A stretch of 64,000 nucleotides of DNA, taken from contig JAGGUP010000099.1 in assembly GCA_021158405.1 (NCBI GenBank), positions 1,211 to 65,210 on the forward strand, read 5' to 3'. A program made the translations under genes and the position numbers. Shown one piece after another: positions 41,427 through 51,486 of this stretch (positions are counted from its first letter, which is position 1; each line of letters starts with the position of its first letter). The notes beneath the pieces were generated by a model. It made no database searches. It was not told the origin of the DNA and saw only the letters and a program-made list of their open reading frames with translations. This DNA comes from Bacteroidales bacterium. GTDB taxonomy: Bacteria; Bacteroidota; Bacteroidia; Bacteroidales; UBA12170.

Positions 41427-41717
41427 ATGGATGAATTATCAATAACAATCACTATTGCAAATCGTCCTTATCGTTTGAAAATAAAAAAAGAAGAAGAGGA
41501 AGTTCTTAGATCATCTGCCAAAAAAATCGAATCGTTAGTAAAAGAATATGCTAAAAATTTTCACTTTAACGATTCACAAGATTTAATAGCTATGGTGGCT
41601 TTACAATTGGCGAAAGACTCTTCTTCATTGGAAAAACAAATTACTTATCGAGACACAGAAATGACAAAAAAACTGAAAGATATAGATGAGTACTTAAATG
41701 AAAAAGTAAAGATTTAG
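41427..41717 (+). CDS. zapA: Cell division protein ZapA
   Basis: ITIANRPYRL..EEEVLR.SA...DLIAMVALQ. Confidence 0.9.
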   Translation: MDELSITITIANRPYRLKIKKEEEEVLRSSAKKIESLVKEYAKNFHFNDSQDLIAMVALQLAKDSSSLEKQITYRDTEMTKKLKDIDEYLNEKVKI

Positions 41718-41740
41718 ACACGTTCTTTGAATAAAAATAT

Positions 41741-41916
41741 ACCGCATAATTCAACTTGTTTGTAAACTCAACATTTTACAAATTAGGGTAAAGCTTAGTG
41801 GATTTGAAAGCAGGCCTCAACCTTCGGGTTTCATTTATTTGGACAGTGGACGTTTGATGATTCCGGCACCCCTATACGTGTCGTATTGGGGTTTACTAAA
41901 CTCCGAATTATGCGGT
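41741..41916 (+). ncRNA. ssrS: 6S RNA
   Basis: Closing stem ACCGCATAATTC (41741-41752) / GAATTATGCGGT (41905-41916), further long-range pairing, about 176 nt, in the known zapA-6S-rny position. Confidence 0.85.
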
Positions 41917-41951
41917 TTTTTTATGTCCCGACTACTAAAAAAACTAAATCA

Positions 41952-43493
41952 ATGGAAAGTTTAACAATGATTGCTATTGCTTTGGTTTCTCTGGGAATAG
42001 GCTTTTTTCTTGCAAGCTATTTTGTAAGAAAAGCTTTAGAGCGCAAAAGCAATAACATTATAGATGAAGCTCAAGAAAAGGCGGAAATATTAAAGAAAGA
42101 AAAAATATTACAAGCCAAAGAAAAATTTCTACAACTCAAATCAGAGCACGAAAAATATGTGCTTGAAAAGAATTCCAATTTAAACAAAGCAGAAAATCGC
42201 ATCAAACAAAAAGAAACTGCTTTAAACCAAAAACTTGAAGATGTAAACCGCAAAAATCGAGAAGTTTCTTCTATTAAAGAAAACTTAACTAAGCAACTCG
42301 AAATTGTTACAGTTAAAGAAGCTTCTATCGAAAAAATGCACCGTCAACAATTAGAGCAACTTGAAGCTATATCTGGAATATCATCAGCAGAAGCCAAGGA
42401 ACGTATGATTGAGGCCATTAAAGACGAAGCAAAATCGGAGGCCATGGTTTACATAAGTGAGTTCAAAGAAGAAGCCAAACTGACTGCAAATCAAGAAGCT
42501 AAAAAAATCGTAATCGAAACTATCCAACGGACAGCCGCGGAATATACGATTGAAAACACCGTTTCAGTATTCCCTCTTGATAGCGATGAAGTAAAAGGTA
42601 GGATTATTGGACGTGAAGGCCGTAATATTCGTACTTTGGAAGCCATGACGGGAATAGAAATTATCATTGATGATTCACCGGATGCTATTATTCTTTCTGG
42701 TTTCGATCCTGTTCGCAGAGAAGTTGCTCGATTATCTTTGCATAAACTAGTAACTGATGGTCGTATTCACCCTGCTCGTATTGAAGAAGTTGTGAATAAA
42801 ACCAAAAAACAAGTGGAGCAGGAAATTATGGAAACCGGTAAGCGTACGCTAATCGATTTGGGAATCCATAATATGCACAACGAATTAGTAAAAATGGTTG
42901 GAAGAATGAAATACCGTTCTTCTTATGGCCAGAATTTGCTTCAGCACTCCATCGAAGTGGCCAATCTAAGTGCCACTATGGCTGCAGAACTTGGTTTAGA
43001 CACTAAAAAAGCCAAGCGTGCCGGACTTCTTCACGATATTGGAAAAGTACCTGAAAACGAACCTGATTTACCTCATGCTTTATTAGGTATGAAAATGGCC
43101 GAGAAATTTCGCGAAAGTCACGATATTTGTAATGCTATTGGTGCTCACCACGACGAAATTGAAATGACTTCACTCTTATCACCCATTGTGCAAGTTTGTG
43201 ATGCTATTTCAGGTGCACGCCCAGGAGCTCGTCGAGAAATTGTGGACGCCTATATCCAGCGTTTAAAAAAACTTGAAAATCTGGCATTAGAATACGAGGG
43301 CGTTGTTAAAACGTATGCTATTCAAGCAGGTAGAGAACTTCGTGTAATTGTAGGTGCAGATAAAATTAATGACAATCAAGCTATGGAATTAAGTTATGAT
43401 CTTTCGAGAAAAATTCAGGAAGAAATGACTTATCCCGGCCAAATTAAAATTACTGTAATCCGCGAAACAAGAGCAATCAACTACGCAAAATAA
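41952..43493 (+). CDS. rny: Ribonuclease Y
   Basis: N-terminal TM, coiled coil, KH ([13 protein letters not shown]) and HD (LLHDIGK) domains. Start placed at ATG 41952 because the longer TTG start overlaps the 6S RNA. Confidence 0.95.
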   Translation: MESLTMIAIALVSLGIGFFLASYFVRKALERKSNNIIDEAQEKAEILKKEKILQAKEKFLQLKSEHEKYVLEKNSNLNKAENRIKQKETALNQKLEDVNRKNREVSSIKENLTKQLEIVTVKEASIEKMHRQQLEQLEAISGISSAEAKERMIEAIKDEAKSEAMVYISEFKEEAKLTANQEAKKIVIETIQRTAAEYTIENTVSVFPLDSDEVKGRIIGREGRNIRTLEAMTGIEIIIDDSPDAIILSGFDPVRREVARLSLHKLVTDGRIHPARIEEVVNKTKKQVEQEIMETGKRTLIDLGIHNMHNELVKMVGRMKYRSSYGQNLLQHSIEVANLSATMAAELGLDTKKAKRAGLLHDIGKVPENEPDLPHALLGMKMAEKFRESHDICNAIGAHHDEIEMTSLLSPIVQVCDAISGARPGARREIVDAYIQRLKKLENLALEYEGVVKTYAIQAGRELRVIVGADKINDNQAMELSYDLSRKIQEEMTYPGQIKITVIRETRAINYAK

Positions 43494-43506
43494 TTCAATA
43501 CTAATC

Positions 43507-43547
43507 AAACTGCTGCTTTTCGGTTACTTGAAAAGCAGCAGTTTTTT
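43507..43547 (+). terminator. Intrinsic terminator after rny
   Basis: AAACTGCTGCTTTTC-ggttactt-GAAAAGCAGCAGTTT followed by a T run. Confidence 0.85.
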
Positions 43548-43558
43548 ATTTTTAATCT

Positions 43559-45424
43559 ATGTTACGGATAATTAAATCTTTACTTAAACAATATATCTTC
43601 TGGTTATTGGTTTTTGCATTTATCCGATTGCTTTTCCTTCTGGCTTATTCTCGTACTATATGGTTAGAAAATATTCCTTTTAACGAGATTTTATCTACCT
43701 TCTATTATGCATTAAAGCTCGATATTGCTACAGCAACTTATTTCTTGCTTATTCCTTTTTTCATACTATTTTTTCAAACGCTATTCAGTCCAAATTGGTT
43801 AAATGTTTTCAATAAAATCTATACCGGATTTGCACTTTTTATCTTTTTACTCATTAACAATATCGAATTTGGATTATATGCCGAATGGAGAACAAAACTT
43901 AGTTATAAAGCTTTTAGCTATTTAGGACATATTGATGAAATTGCAAATTCGGCTCAAACAGGACCGAGCATTGTTCTGTTAATCCTATTAGTTGGATTAA
44001 CTGTCGGAGGCATCTATTTATATTCTCACTATTTTTTTACACCCATTTTAAGAATTCGAATAAAGCCCATTAATTCTACTCTTTTTGCGATTATAACCTC
44101 TTTGCTTATGTTAATTTTAGCTCGGGGTGGTTTTCAAAGCTTACCGATTAATCAAAGCGAGTCTTACTTTTCTAAGCATCTCATTTTAAATAATGCAGCT
44201 ACCAATTCGGCTTTTAATTTATTTAAAAGTGTATATGATAATACAAATAACCTTGATAAGAATCCTTTTATTGAAATGCCTTTTGAAGAAGCTGAACCTC
44301 TTATTAAACAACTCTTCTCAACTAAATCAGATAGCATTCCAAAGATACTTACGCAAGAAAAACCAAATATTGTCTTGCTCATTTTAAAAAGTTGGTCAGC
44401 CGATTTAATAGAAACTTTAGGCGGAAAGCCCGGTATTACTCCTTTTTTTCATTCTCTAGAAAAAGAAAGTCTTCTTTTTGACGATATATATGCAAGTGGT
44501 TCACGTTCGGAACAAGCAATGGCATCAATTTTTAGCGGCTTTCCGGCACATCCCCTTTCGTCTATAACTGTTCACCCGGATAAATACCACGATCTTCCAA
44601 GTTGGGTTCACCTTTTAAATGAACAAGGATATTTTACTTCTTTCTATTTTGGAGGTCAATTGATTTACGGTAACATAAAGAGTTATATTCTTTATAATGC
44701 ATTTGATACAGTGAAAGAAGTGTATGATTTTAATCCTGAATTACCGCAAGGGAAATTAGGTATTCACGATGAATACACTTTATTAGAAATGGCTAACGAT
44801 TTAGATCAAGTTCAGCAACCTTTTTTATCCGCCTTATTTACGCTGAGCTCGCATTCGCCCTACGATCAGCCTAAACCTGAAAAGGAAGTATTGCCTTGGG
44901 GCAAAAACCATCGCGATTATATTAACTCCGCATACTATACCGATCAGAGCCTGAAGAAATTCTTTGCGAAAGCCCGACAAAGCGATTGGTTTAAGAATAC
45001 GTTATTCATTATTGTTGCAGACCATTCGCACAATAGTTATCGCAACTATGCGATGCAGGAAGCCGCTTACAATAAAATTCCATTACTATTCTACGGCCCT
45101 GTATTAAAACCCGAATTTCGCGGAACAATTATAAAACATTTAGGATATCAACCCGATTTAGTGGCCACCCTATTACCACAACTTAATATGGATGCTTCCG
45201 AATTTCCATGGAGCAAAAATTTGCTCGACAGCACCTCCGGCAAATTTGCTTATACGGCTTATGAAGAAGGTTTTGTTTGGAGCAGGCCTTGTGGACAAAT
45301 CTCTTATGAAAAGCGTCTAAATTACTATTATAAAAATACGGTTCCGCAAGCTCAATTTGATTCTATAAGCAAAGAAGGAAAAGCATTCTTACAAGTTTTA
45401 TATCAAGATTATTTGGAGCGATAA
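43559..45424 (+). CDS. LTA synthase family / sulfatase-like membrane protein
   Basis: N-terminal TM helices, then PNIVLLILKSWS, GSRSEQ, SSHSPY and VADH alkaline-phosphatase-superfamily motifs. Confidence 0.85.
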   Translation: MLRIIKSLLKQYIFWLLVFAFIRLLFLLAYSRTIWLENIPFNEILSTFYYALKLDIATATYFLLIPFFILFFQTLFSPNWLNVFNKIYTGFALFIFLLINNIEFGLYAEWRTKLSYKAFSYLGHIDEIANSAQTGPSIVLLILLVGLTVGGIYLYSHYFFTPILRIRIKPINSTLFAIITSLLMLILARGGFQSLPINQSESYFSKHLILNNAATNSAFNLFKSVYDNTNNLDKNPFIEMPFEEAEPLIKQLFSTKSDSIPKILTQEKPNIVLLILKSWSADLIETLGGKPGITPFFHSLEKESLLFDDIYASGSRSEQAMASIFSGFPAHPLSSITVHPDKYHDLPSWVHLLNEQGYFTSFYFGGQLIYGNIKSYILYNAFDTVKEVYDFNPELPQGKLGIHDEYTLLEMANDLDQVQQPFLSALFTLSSHSPYDQPKPEKEVLPWGKNHRDYINSAYYTDQSLKKFFAKARQSDWFKNTLFIIVADHSHNSYRNYAMQEAAYNKIPLLFYGPVLKPEFRGTIIKHLGYQPDLVATLLPQLNMDASEFPWSKNLLDSTSGKFAYTAYEEGFVWSRPCGQISYEKRLNYYYKNTVPQAQFDSISKEGKAFLQVLYQDYLER

Positions 45425-46107
45425 TGGCTGTTTATCAACTTAATAAAGAACTTGGTTTTCCCAATCCTGAATTAGCCAATGAGGATGGCCTTTTGGCTGT
45501 TGATGGAGATTTAAGCACTAAACGAATTCTTTTAGCCTATTCACAGGGGATTTTTCCATGGTTTTCTGAAGGTTCACGACTTTTGTGGTGGTCGCCAAAC
45601 CCACGCCTTATTTTGTATCCGCAAAAACTTAAACTATCAAAAAGCTTAAAACGAACGCTGAAAAGCAAGAAGTTTAACTGTAAAATGGATACAAATTTTG
45701 AAGCTGTAATAAGAGCATGTGCAGAAACACCGCGTGAAGAAGACAATGAGACATGGCTTGTGGCTGAAATGATTGATGCCTACATAGAATTGCACAAACT
45801 CGGATTTGCCCATTCCATTGAAACCTATTTTGAAAACGAATTGGTAGGCGGACTCTATGGACTATCTTTGGGAAAAGCATTTTTTGGAGAATCCATGTTT
45901 TTTAAAAAAACCGATGCATCTAAAGTAGCTCTTTCGTATCTTTGTCGGCTAGCTGAAGCGATGGGATTTTATTTTATTGATGCCCAAGTAGAAACAGATC
46001 ATCTCATAAAACTGGGTGCGGAAAAAATAAAACGAAGCGATTTTATAGTCTTGCTAAATCAAGCTATCGAATACCCCACTTGCCAAGGCAGATGGACAGA
46101 AATATAA
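45424..46107 (+). CDS. aat: Leucyl/phenylalanyl-tRNA--protein transferase
   Basis: GLLAVDGDL, GIFPW, WWSPNPR, GGLYG, FFGESMF and DASK motifs. Confidence 0.95.
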   Translation: MAVYQLNKELGFPNPELANEDGLLAVDGDLSTKRILLAYSQGIFPWFSEGSRLLWWSPNPRLILYPQKLKLSKSLKRTLKSKKFNCKMDTNFEAVIRACAETPREEDNETWLVAEMIDAYIELHKLGFAHSIETYFENELVGGLYGLSLGKAFFGESMFFKKTDASKVALSYLCRLAEAMGFYFIDAQVETDHLIKLGAEKIKRSDFIVLLNQAIEYPTCQGRWTEI

Positions 46108-46140
46108 AAATCAATAATAATCAATAAAAAAATAGAAGTC

Positions 46141-46524
46141 ATGAGTTTTGAAATTAGTGGAAAGTTAATCGAAAAGTACGATACTGTTGTCATTAGCGAT
46201 CGTTTTAAGAAAAGAGAATTTGTTATTGAAATAAAAGAAAGTACACCTAATGGTTTTGAATATGTTGAAACCATCAAATTTCAGTTTACTCAAGATAAAT
46301 GTGATTCACTAGATTCAGTAAATATCAGTGATGACGTTACGGTACATTTCAATATTAAAGGAAAACGTTGGGAGAAGGACGGGAAAGTGAATTATTTTAA
46401 TAATTTGGATGCTTGGCGTATTGAAAAACAAGCCAGTGTTGCTTCTGCACCTCCGGCTCCGGCTCAATCTGCTTCCGAAATTCCTCCAGCGGAATTGGAT
46501 GAAACAGACGATTTGCCTTTCTAA
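46141..46524 (+). CDS. DUF3127 family protein
   Basis: FKKREFVI, FQFTQDKC, V.FNIKGKRW and YFNNLDAWRI motifs, with tail ETDDLPF. Confidence 0.85.
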   Translation: MSFEISGKLIEKYDTVVISDRFKKREFVIEIKESTPNGFEYVETIKFQFTQDKCDSLDSVNISDDVTVHFNIKGKRWEKDGKVNYFNNLDAWRIEKQASVASAPPAPAQSASEIPPAELDETDDLPF

Positions 46525-46548
46525 GGAGTATTAAGTTTTATAAAGCAA

Positions 46549-46580
46549 AACTCTACGAGATTTAAAATCCTCGTAGGGTT
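46549..46580. terminator. Hairpin between convergent DUF3127 and HMA genes
   Basis: AACTCTACGAG-N10-CTCGTAGGGTT. Confidence 0.65.
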
Positions 46581-46619
46581 AACACAACGCTCGTGTTAAC
46601 AACTTGCGCGTTTTCTTAT

Positions 46620-46898
46620 TTATTGAGCTCCAATCCGTCCAATAGCACAACTAACATACGATTTAGCTTCTGTAACAAAATTATTAGCAGCACCTACTTC
46701 CGGATAACCAATTTGAGCTAGCTTTTGTTTTATTTGATCAATTTGATCCTTGGAATCCTCTAATTCAAAATCAATACGTGACTGCTCCACATCAACTTCC
46801 ACTTTTTGAACATCGGAAAATTTAGATACTGTTTTCCGAATTGTATTAGCACAGCCGCCGCATTTTAAATTCTCTACAAAAATTGAATACGCTTTCAT
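46620..46898 (-). CDS. Heavy-metal-associated (CopZ-like) protein
   Basis: LKCGGCA metal motif in a ferredoxin-like fold, with an extra C-terminal SYVSCAIG. Confidence 0.88.
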   Translation of the reverse strand: MKAYSIFVENLKCGGCANTIRKTVSKFSDVQKVEVDVEQSRIDFELEDSKDQIDQIKQKLAQIGYPEVGAANNFVTEAKSYVSCAIGRIGAQ

Positions 46899-46991
46899 AT
46901 CTTTAACTTTTGGTCAAAGATAGTATGCAAAAGAAGCTCCAAACGAACATCTTTCTACAAAAAAATTATCAAATTTACAGGGACTTACAAC

Positions 46992-47555
46992 TTATATTTG
47001 ATCGAGAGGCTTTCTCAAATTGGCCATTTGCCCTTTGTATTCTTTGGGTGATAAGCCACACACCTGCTTAAATTGACGACTTAAATGGGCAGGACTGCTA
47101 TAATGCATTTTATACGCTATCTCGCTGATAGAAAGCTCATCATAAGAGATATATTCCTTAATTTTTTCAACTTTAAGGTGGATAATGTATTTCTCAATGG
47201 TGATTCCGGCAAAGGCAGAAAACAAACTACTTAAATAACGATAGTCCTTCCCAAATTCTTCAGAAAGATAGTTTGAATAATTAATATGCAACTCACTATC
47301 AGAATGCTGAATAAGACTAATTAAGGTTGTTTTAATCTTCTCGATAAGATGCTGTTTTGAATCATTCAGCAATTCGAAACCAATGTCTTCTAATCGGGAT
47401 TTTAATAGCTCATGTTTTGCTTCAGACAATTCGTTTTCCAACCAAACTTCTCCCAATTGAACATCCGTAAAAGCAAGATTCAATTCCATTAAAGTTGTCC
47501 GCACTGCTTGAATGCAGCGCGGACAAACCATATTTTTAATTAATATTTTTTGCAT
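46992..47555 (-). CDS. AraC family regulator with N-terminal CxxC (HMA-like) domain
   Basis: IKNMVCPRC N-terminus and C-terminal AraC double HTH (SISEIAYKMHYSSPAHLSRQFKQ). Confidence 0.88.
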   Translation of the reverse strand: MQKILIKNMVCPRCIQAVRTTLMELNLAFTDVQLGEVWLENELSEAKHELLKSRLEDIGFELLNDSKQHLIEKIKTTLISLIQHSDSELHINYSNYLSEEFGKDYRYLSSLFSAFAGITIEKYIIHLKVEKIKEYISYDELSISEIAYKMHYSSPAHLSRQFKQVCGLSPKEYKGQMANLRKPLDQI

Positions 47556-50500
47556 CTATTTTTTTTGAAGCAACACTTCCACCGCTTTCATTAATTGCTG
47601 ATCTATACCCTGACTTACTTTCTCTTTATCTTGAGCCACTTTAACATCGGGTTCAAGTTGCTGTCCCTCTAAATAATTTCCATTTAAATCCCATACACCC
47701 ATTTGTGGAATTCCAAAAACGATAGTTGGATCAATTTGACGTTCCCACCAAACAGCAGTCATTGTTCCGGGAACAGGCATTCCAACTAACTTACCAATTT
47801 TCAAGGCTTTATAAGCATAAGGAAAAGCATGAGCATCGGAATAATTTCCTTCTCCCATTAGTACTACAGATGGGCGATACCACTTTTCCATAGGCTCTGA
47901 GCCAACATAGCGACCACGAGGAGCAAAATCAACATAACGTTCTCCACTTAATAAAGTCACAAGATCGTCGTGCAACCAACCACCTCCATTAAAGCGCGTA
48001 TCTACAATGATGGCTTCTTTATCAACATTCCGACCTAAAATCTCCGAATAAACCACACGGAAACTAGCATCATCCATGCCTTTAACATGAACATATCCTA
48101 CTTTTCCATCAGAAAGACGATCCGTTTCTTCGCGCATAAATTTTGTCCAACGATCGTAAAGTAATCCCGACTTAGCACGCTGACTAATTGGTTTCATTAC
48201 AATAATAGAAGACTTTTGAGCTGTAGGACGATAGATTCTTAACTGTGTATTTTTCCCATCAACTTTATTCATCAACTTATAATAATTGATTTCAGGTAAA
48301 ATATCCACTCCGTTTATTTGCTCAATTACATCACCAACTTGAAGATCAAAATCCGATTTATCTAATGGCCCTTTTTCTATAATTTCGGCAATTTTCAAAC
48401 CTTTGCCTTGAAACGATAAATCAAAAAACGCCCCCAAACTAGCCGTTGCATCACCATTTCCACGATGAGAATAACGACCTCCTGTATGCGAACCATTCAA
48501 CTCACCCAACATCTCGCCTAAAAGCTCAGCAAAATCATAGTTATTGCTAATGCTTGGTAAAAATGCTTCGTAAGCTTCTTTATACATTTTCCAATCTACA
48601 CCTTTAAAATCAGGCGCATAAAATTTATCGTTTACCTGTTTCCATGCATGATTAAAAATATACTCACGTTCAGCAGCAGGATTCCAATCCATTTCCGCTT
48701 TAAAAGCGATACTCTTTTTTACTGGCTTATCAACATTTTTAATATCCAGTTTAATTATACTTCCTTCTGAAAGCAAGAATAGATTTTTCCCGTCTTTATC
48801 CATTTTAAGCTGACCACCCCGACCATTGAGTTTAAGTACAAGCTTGGTTTCCTTTTCTTTAAACTTATGCAACCATAAATCATAACCTTTTTCGAAACGA
48901 CTGAGATAGAATAAATTCTTTCCGTCTTTTGTTAAAACAGCATCGCCTAAAGAAGAAGAATTAATGGTAAGTCTAGCCACACGATCTTCGAGATTAGTAA
49001 GATTGAGTTCAACGCTCTTCTCTTCTTTCTTCTTCTCTACATCTTTCTTTTTCTTCTTTTTAGAATCTTTGTCCACATCAGGCTTCTCTTTATCATCATC
49101 TTTCTTTTTATCATACTTAGCTGCATACTCTTCTTTAGTCATGGTGAATTTCTCATAAAATTCCTGATTAAAAAACATCGCATAAGCATCTCTTTTTGCT
49201 CCCCAGCTACCGTGGCTACGCATACCGTTTCTATCAGAAAACCATAACATACCATTACCATTCATTATCCATTTCGGATTAGAATCGGCATAACCACTTA
49301 AACTTAGGTTAACAGGTTCTACACCGCCTTTGGCATCAACTAAACCAACTTCGTCTACCCAGCGTTTTCCACCTAAATAACTTACCAAGAAATATTTTCC
49401 ATCGGGTGACCACTGATACCACTGATCTCCATCTGAATAGGAATAATTATAGTCGCCAGACAAAATACTTCGTTGAGCTTTTGTGGCTAGATTAATTACT
49501 TTTAACTCTGTACGTTCTTCCAAAAAGGCAATCTCTTTTCCATCAGGTGAATATTCTGGTTGAAAAGTATTTTTATCGTTTGCGAGAATGACTTTTTCCT
49601 TAAGAACTGTTGCAGAAGCAAAAGATTCTTCATCAGTATTTACAATCTTAGTTTCATAAATATTCCAACTTCCATTACGTTCTGAAGCATAGAGAACAGA
49701 TTTACCGTCAGGGCTAAAGCTTACATTTCTTTCTTGTTCAGGAGTATTGGTAATCCGTTTTGTTGTAGCAAACTCAACAGAAGTCACAAACACTTCGCCT
49801 CGAACAACAAAAACGATCTCTTTTCCATCTGGCGAAACATTCATTTCTGTTGCTTCTTTTGAAAATGATTTCGGAATTGATTGTGCTACTTCCTTAAATT
49901 TAGGAATTGTTAGATTTAATTTTTTCGCATCATCGCCTTCCTTTTTGGTATACAATCCTCCATCGTAGATAAAGGCCAAAGTATTATCCTTGGCAGCACT
50001 TAAAAAACGAACCGGATGATTTTCAAAACTAGTCAATTGTTTTTCAGGACTTTCTAAGGTAAGCGCTTTCTCGTACACATTAAAAGTTCCATTTTGTTCT
50101 GAAAGGAAAAACATTTTTTCTTCATTAGCTGCAAAAACAGGATTTCTATCCTCACCTTTAAATGTACTTATTTTAGTATGCTTACCTTCCGTCTTATCAA
50201 AAACCCAAATATCGCGAGTGACGGAAGAAGTATGGTGTTTACGCCAAGGATCTTCATAGCCTTTTACATCGTGATAAAGCAATTTTGAACCATCTTTACT
50301 TACTTGCACATTTTCTGCTGAAGTGGTTAAACATTGCTTAATACGACCGCCATTTACAGGCACTTTGTATAGCTCGGTAAGCAATCCATAAGGAAACTGT
50401 GCATTTTTTACGTTATCATCCATGGTAGCCGAAAAAAGAACAAATTGATCATCCGGAGAAAATGTCCAAGGTACTTGCTTGGCCGAGTGATAAGTAATTC

Positions 50501-50795
50501 TAGAACTTTTTCTAGTTGCAAAATCGAAAATAAAAATATCAAAATTTCCATACAAATCGGAAGTATAAGCCATCTTCGTTCCATCGTTGGACCAAACTGG
50601 ATTCGATTCGTAAGCTTCACTAAGCAGAAGTGGCTCCGCCTTTCCTCCCCCCGAAGGAACTAAAAATAAATCGCCTTGATAAGCGAAAACAATTTGAGAT
50701 GCATCGGGCGAAATAGCCGAATAACGAATCCAGTCTTTTTGAGCGAATAAGTTCAAGCTCAAAAGAGCAAAAAATACAAGCATAAATCTTTTCAT
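47556..50795 (-). CDS. Tricorn protease homologue (S41)
   Basis: Signal peptide, PD40 beta-propeller repeats, PDZ, then ELNGSHTG, DTRFNGGG and NYSDAHAF catalytic region. Confidence 0.92.
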   Translation of the reverse strand: MKRFMLVFFALLSLNLFAQKDWIRYSAISPDASQIVFAYQGDLFLVPSGGGKAEPLLLSEAYESNPVWSNDGTKMAYTSDLYGNFDIFIFDFATRKSSRITYHSAKQVPWTFSPDDQFVLFSATMDDNVKNAQFPYGLLTELYKVPVNGGRIKQCLTTSAENVQVSKDGSKLLYHDVKGYEDPWRKHHTSSVTRDIWVFDKTEGKHTKISTFKGEDRNPVFAANEEKMFFLSEQNGTFNVYEKALTLESPEKQLTSFENHPVRFLSAAKDNTLAFIYDGGLYTKKEGDDAKKLNLTIPKFKEVAQSIPKSFSKEATEMNVSPDGKEIVFVVRGEVFVTSVEFATTKRITNTPEQERNVSFSPDGKSVLYASERNGSWNIYETKIVNTDEESFASATVLKEKVILANDKNTFQPEYSPDGKEIAFLEERTELKVINLATKAQRSILSGDYNYSYSDGDQWYQWSPDGKYFLVSYLGGKRWVDEVGLVDAKGGVEPVNLSLSGYADSNPKWIMNGNGMLWFSDRNGMRSHGSWGAKRDAYAMFFNQEFYEKFTMTKEEYAAKYDKKKDDDKEKPDVDKDSKKKKKKDVEKKKEEKSVELNLTNLEDRVARLTINSSSLGDAVLTKDGKNLFYLSRFEKGYDLWLHKFKEKETKLVLKLNGRGGQLKMDKDGKNLFLLSEGSIIKLDIKNVDKPVKKSIAFKAEMDWNPAAEREYIFNHAWKQVNDKFYAPDFKGVDWKMYKEAYEAFLPSISNNYDFAELLGEMLGELNGSHTGGRYSHRGNGDATASLGAFFDLSFQGKGLKIAEIIEKGPLDKSDFDLQVGDVIEQINGVDILPEINYYKLMNKVDGKNTQLRIYRPTAQKSSIIVMKPISQRAKSGLLYDRWTKFMREETDRLSDGKVGYVHVKGMDDASFRVVYSEILGRNVDKEAIIVDTRFNGGGWLHDDLVTLLSGERYVDFAPRGRYVGSEPMEKWYRPSVVLMGEGNYSDAHAFPYAYKALKIGKLVGMPVPGTMTAVWWERQIDPTIVFGIPQMGVWDLNGNYLEGQQLEPDVKVAQDKEKVSQGIDQQLMKAVEVLLQKK

Positions 50796-51094
50796 TTGTT
50801 AGGGTTTAAGTTTTAAAATGACAATAGAAACTCTTTATATAAACTTCGATGAATACCGAGAATCTTCAATTAATGGTTTCCTTTAGTTTGTGTTTCAATA
50901 ATGTAAGCCACCCAATAATAAAATGCGAATAGCTTCGATTTAATATCCGTCTAAATTAGACATTTTTCTCGACCTCAAAAAAAACCGAAAGCAGTACATT
51001 GTTAATTTATTCTAAAAATGTAACTATTCAGTGTCAAAACTCGAAAATATTTATGCGTTTGCTTTGTGATACTCATTGTCTTCTTTTGCCGAAT

Positions 51095-51160
51095 GCATCC
51101 CTATGGGAGTGATACCTTTGTGTTATAGCTGTTTCACTTCCAAAGGAATCCCTTCGGGAA
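51095..51160. repeat. Two short REP-like hairpins
   Basis: ATCCC-TAT-GGGA (51097-51108) and ATCCC-TTC-GGGA (51148-51159), 51 bp apart. Confidence 0.35.
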
Positions 51161-51486
51161 AAGATTAAGTGATAATTAATGAAAACACTTACTATTCTTA
51201 CTTTTTAGCATACTGATTAGTTACCTAAAAAATATTTATCCTATAAAATAACCCTAAGATTATCAGTATTTTATATCATATACGATTTACTATCAAGGAA
51301 TTAAATACTCGCTTCGTATCAACCTTATGGAATGGCTTATTTGAAAAGAGTAAAAATACCAAAAACCACCTCTTTTTCACATAATTTGTTTTAATTTTGG
51401 GCTCTTATCGTAAAGCAGAACAGCTTTGCTTATTTGTAAATTAATTTTTGTGTAAATCACAATAAAAATATCAAAAAACCTAAAAA

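Noticed and set aside
41886-41951. 22-aa N-terminal extension of RNase Y from the TTG start
   Set aside because: It overlaps the 6S RNA 3' stem. ATG 41952 gives the expected TM-first N-terminus.
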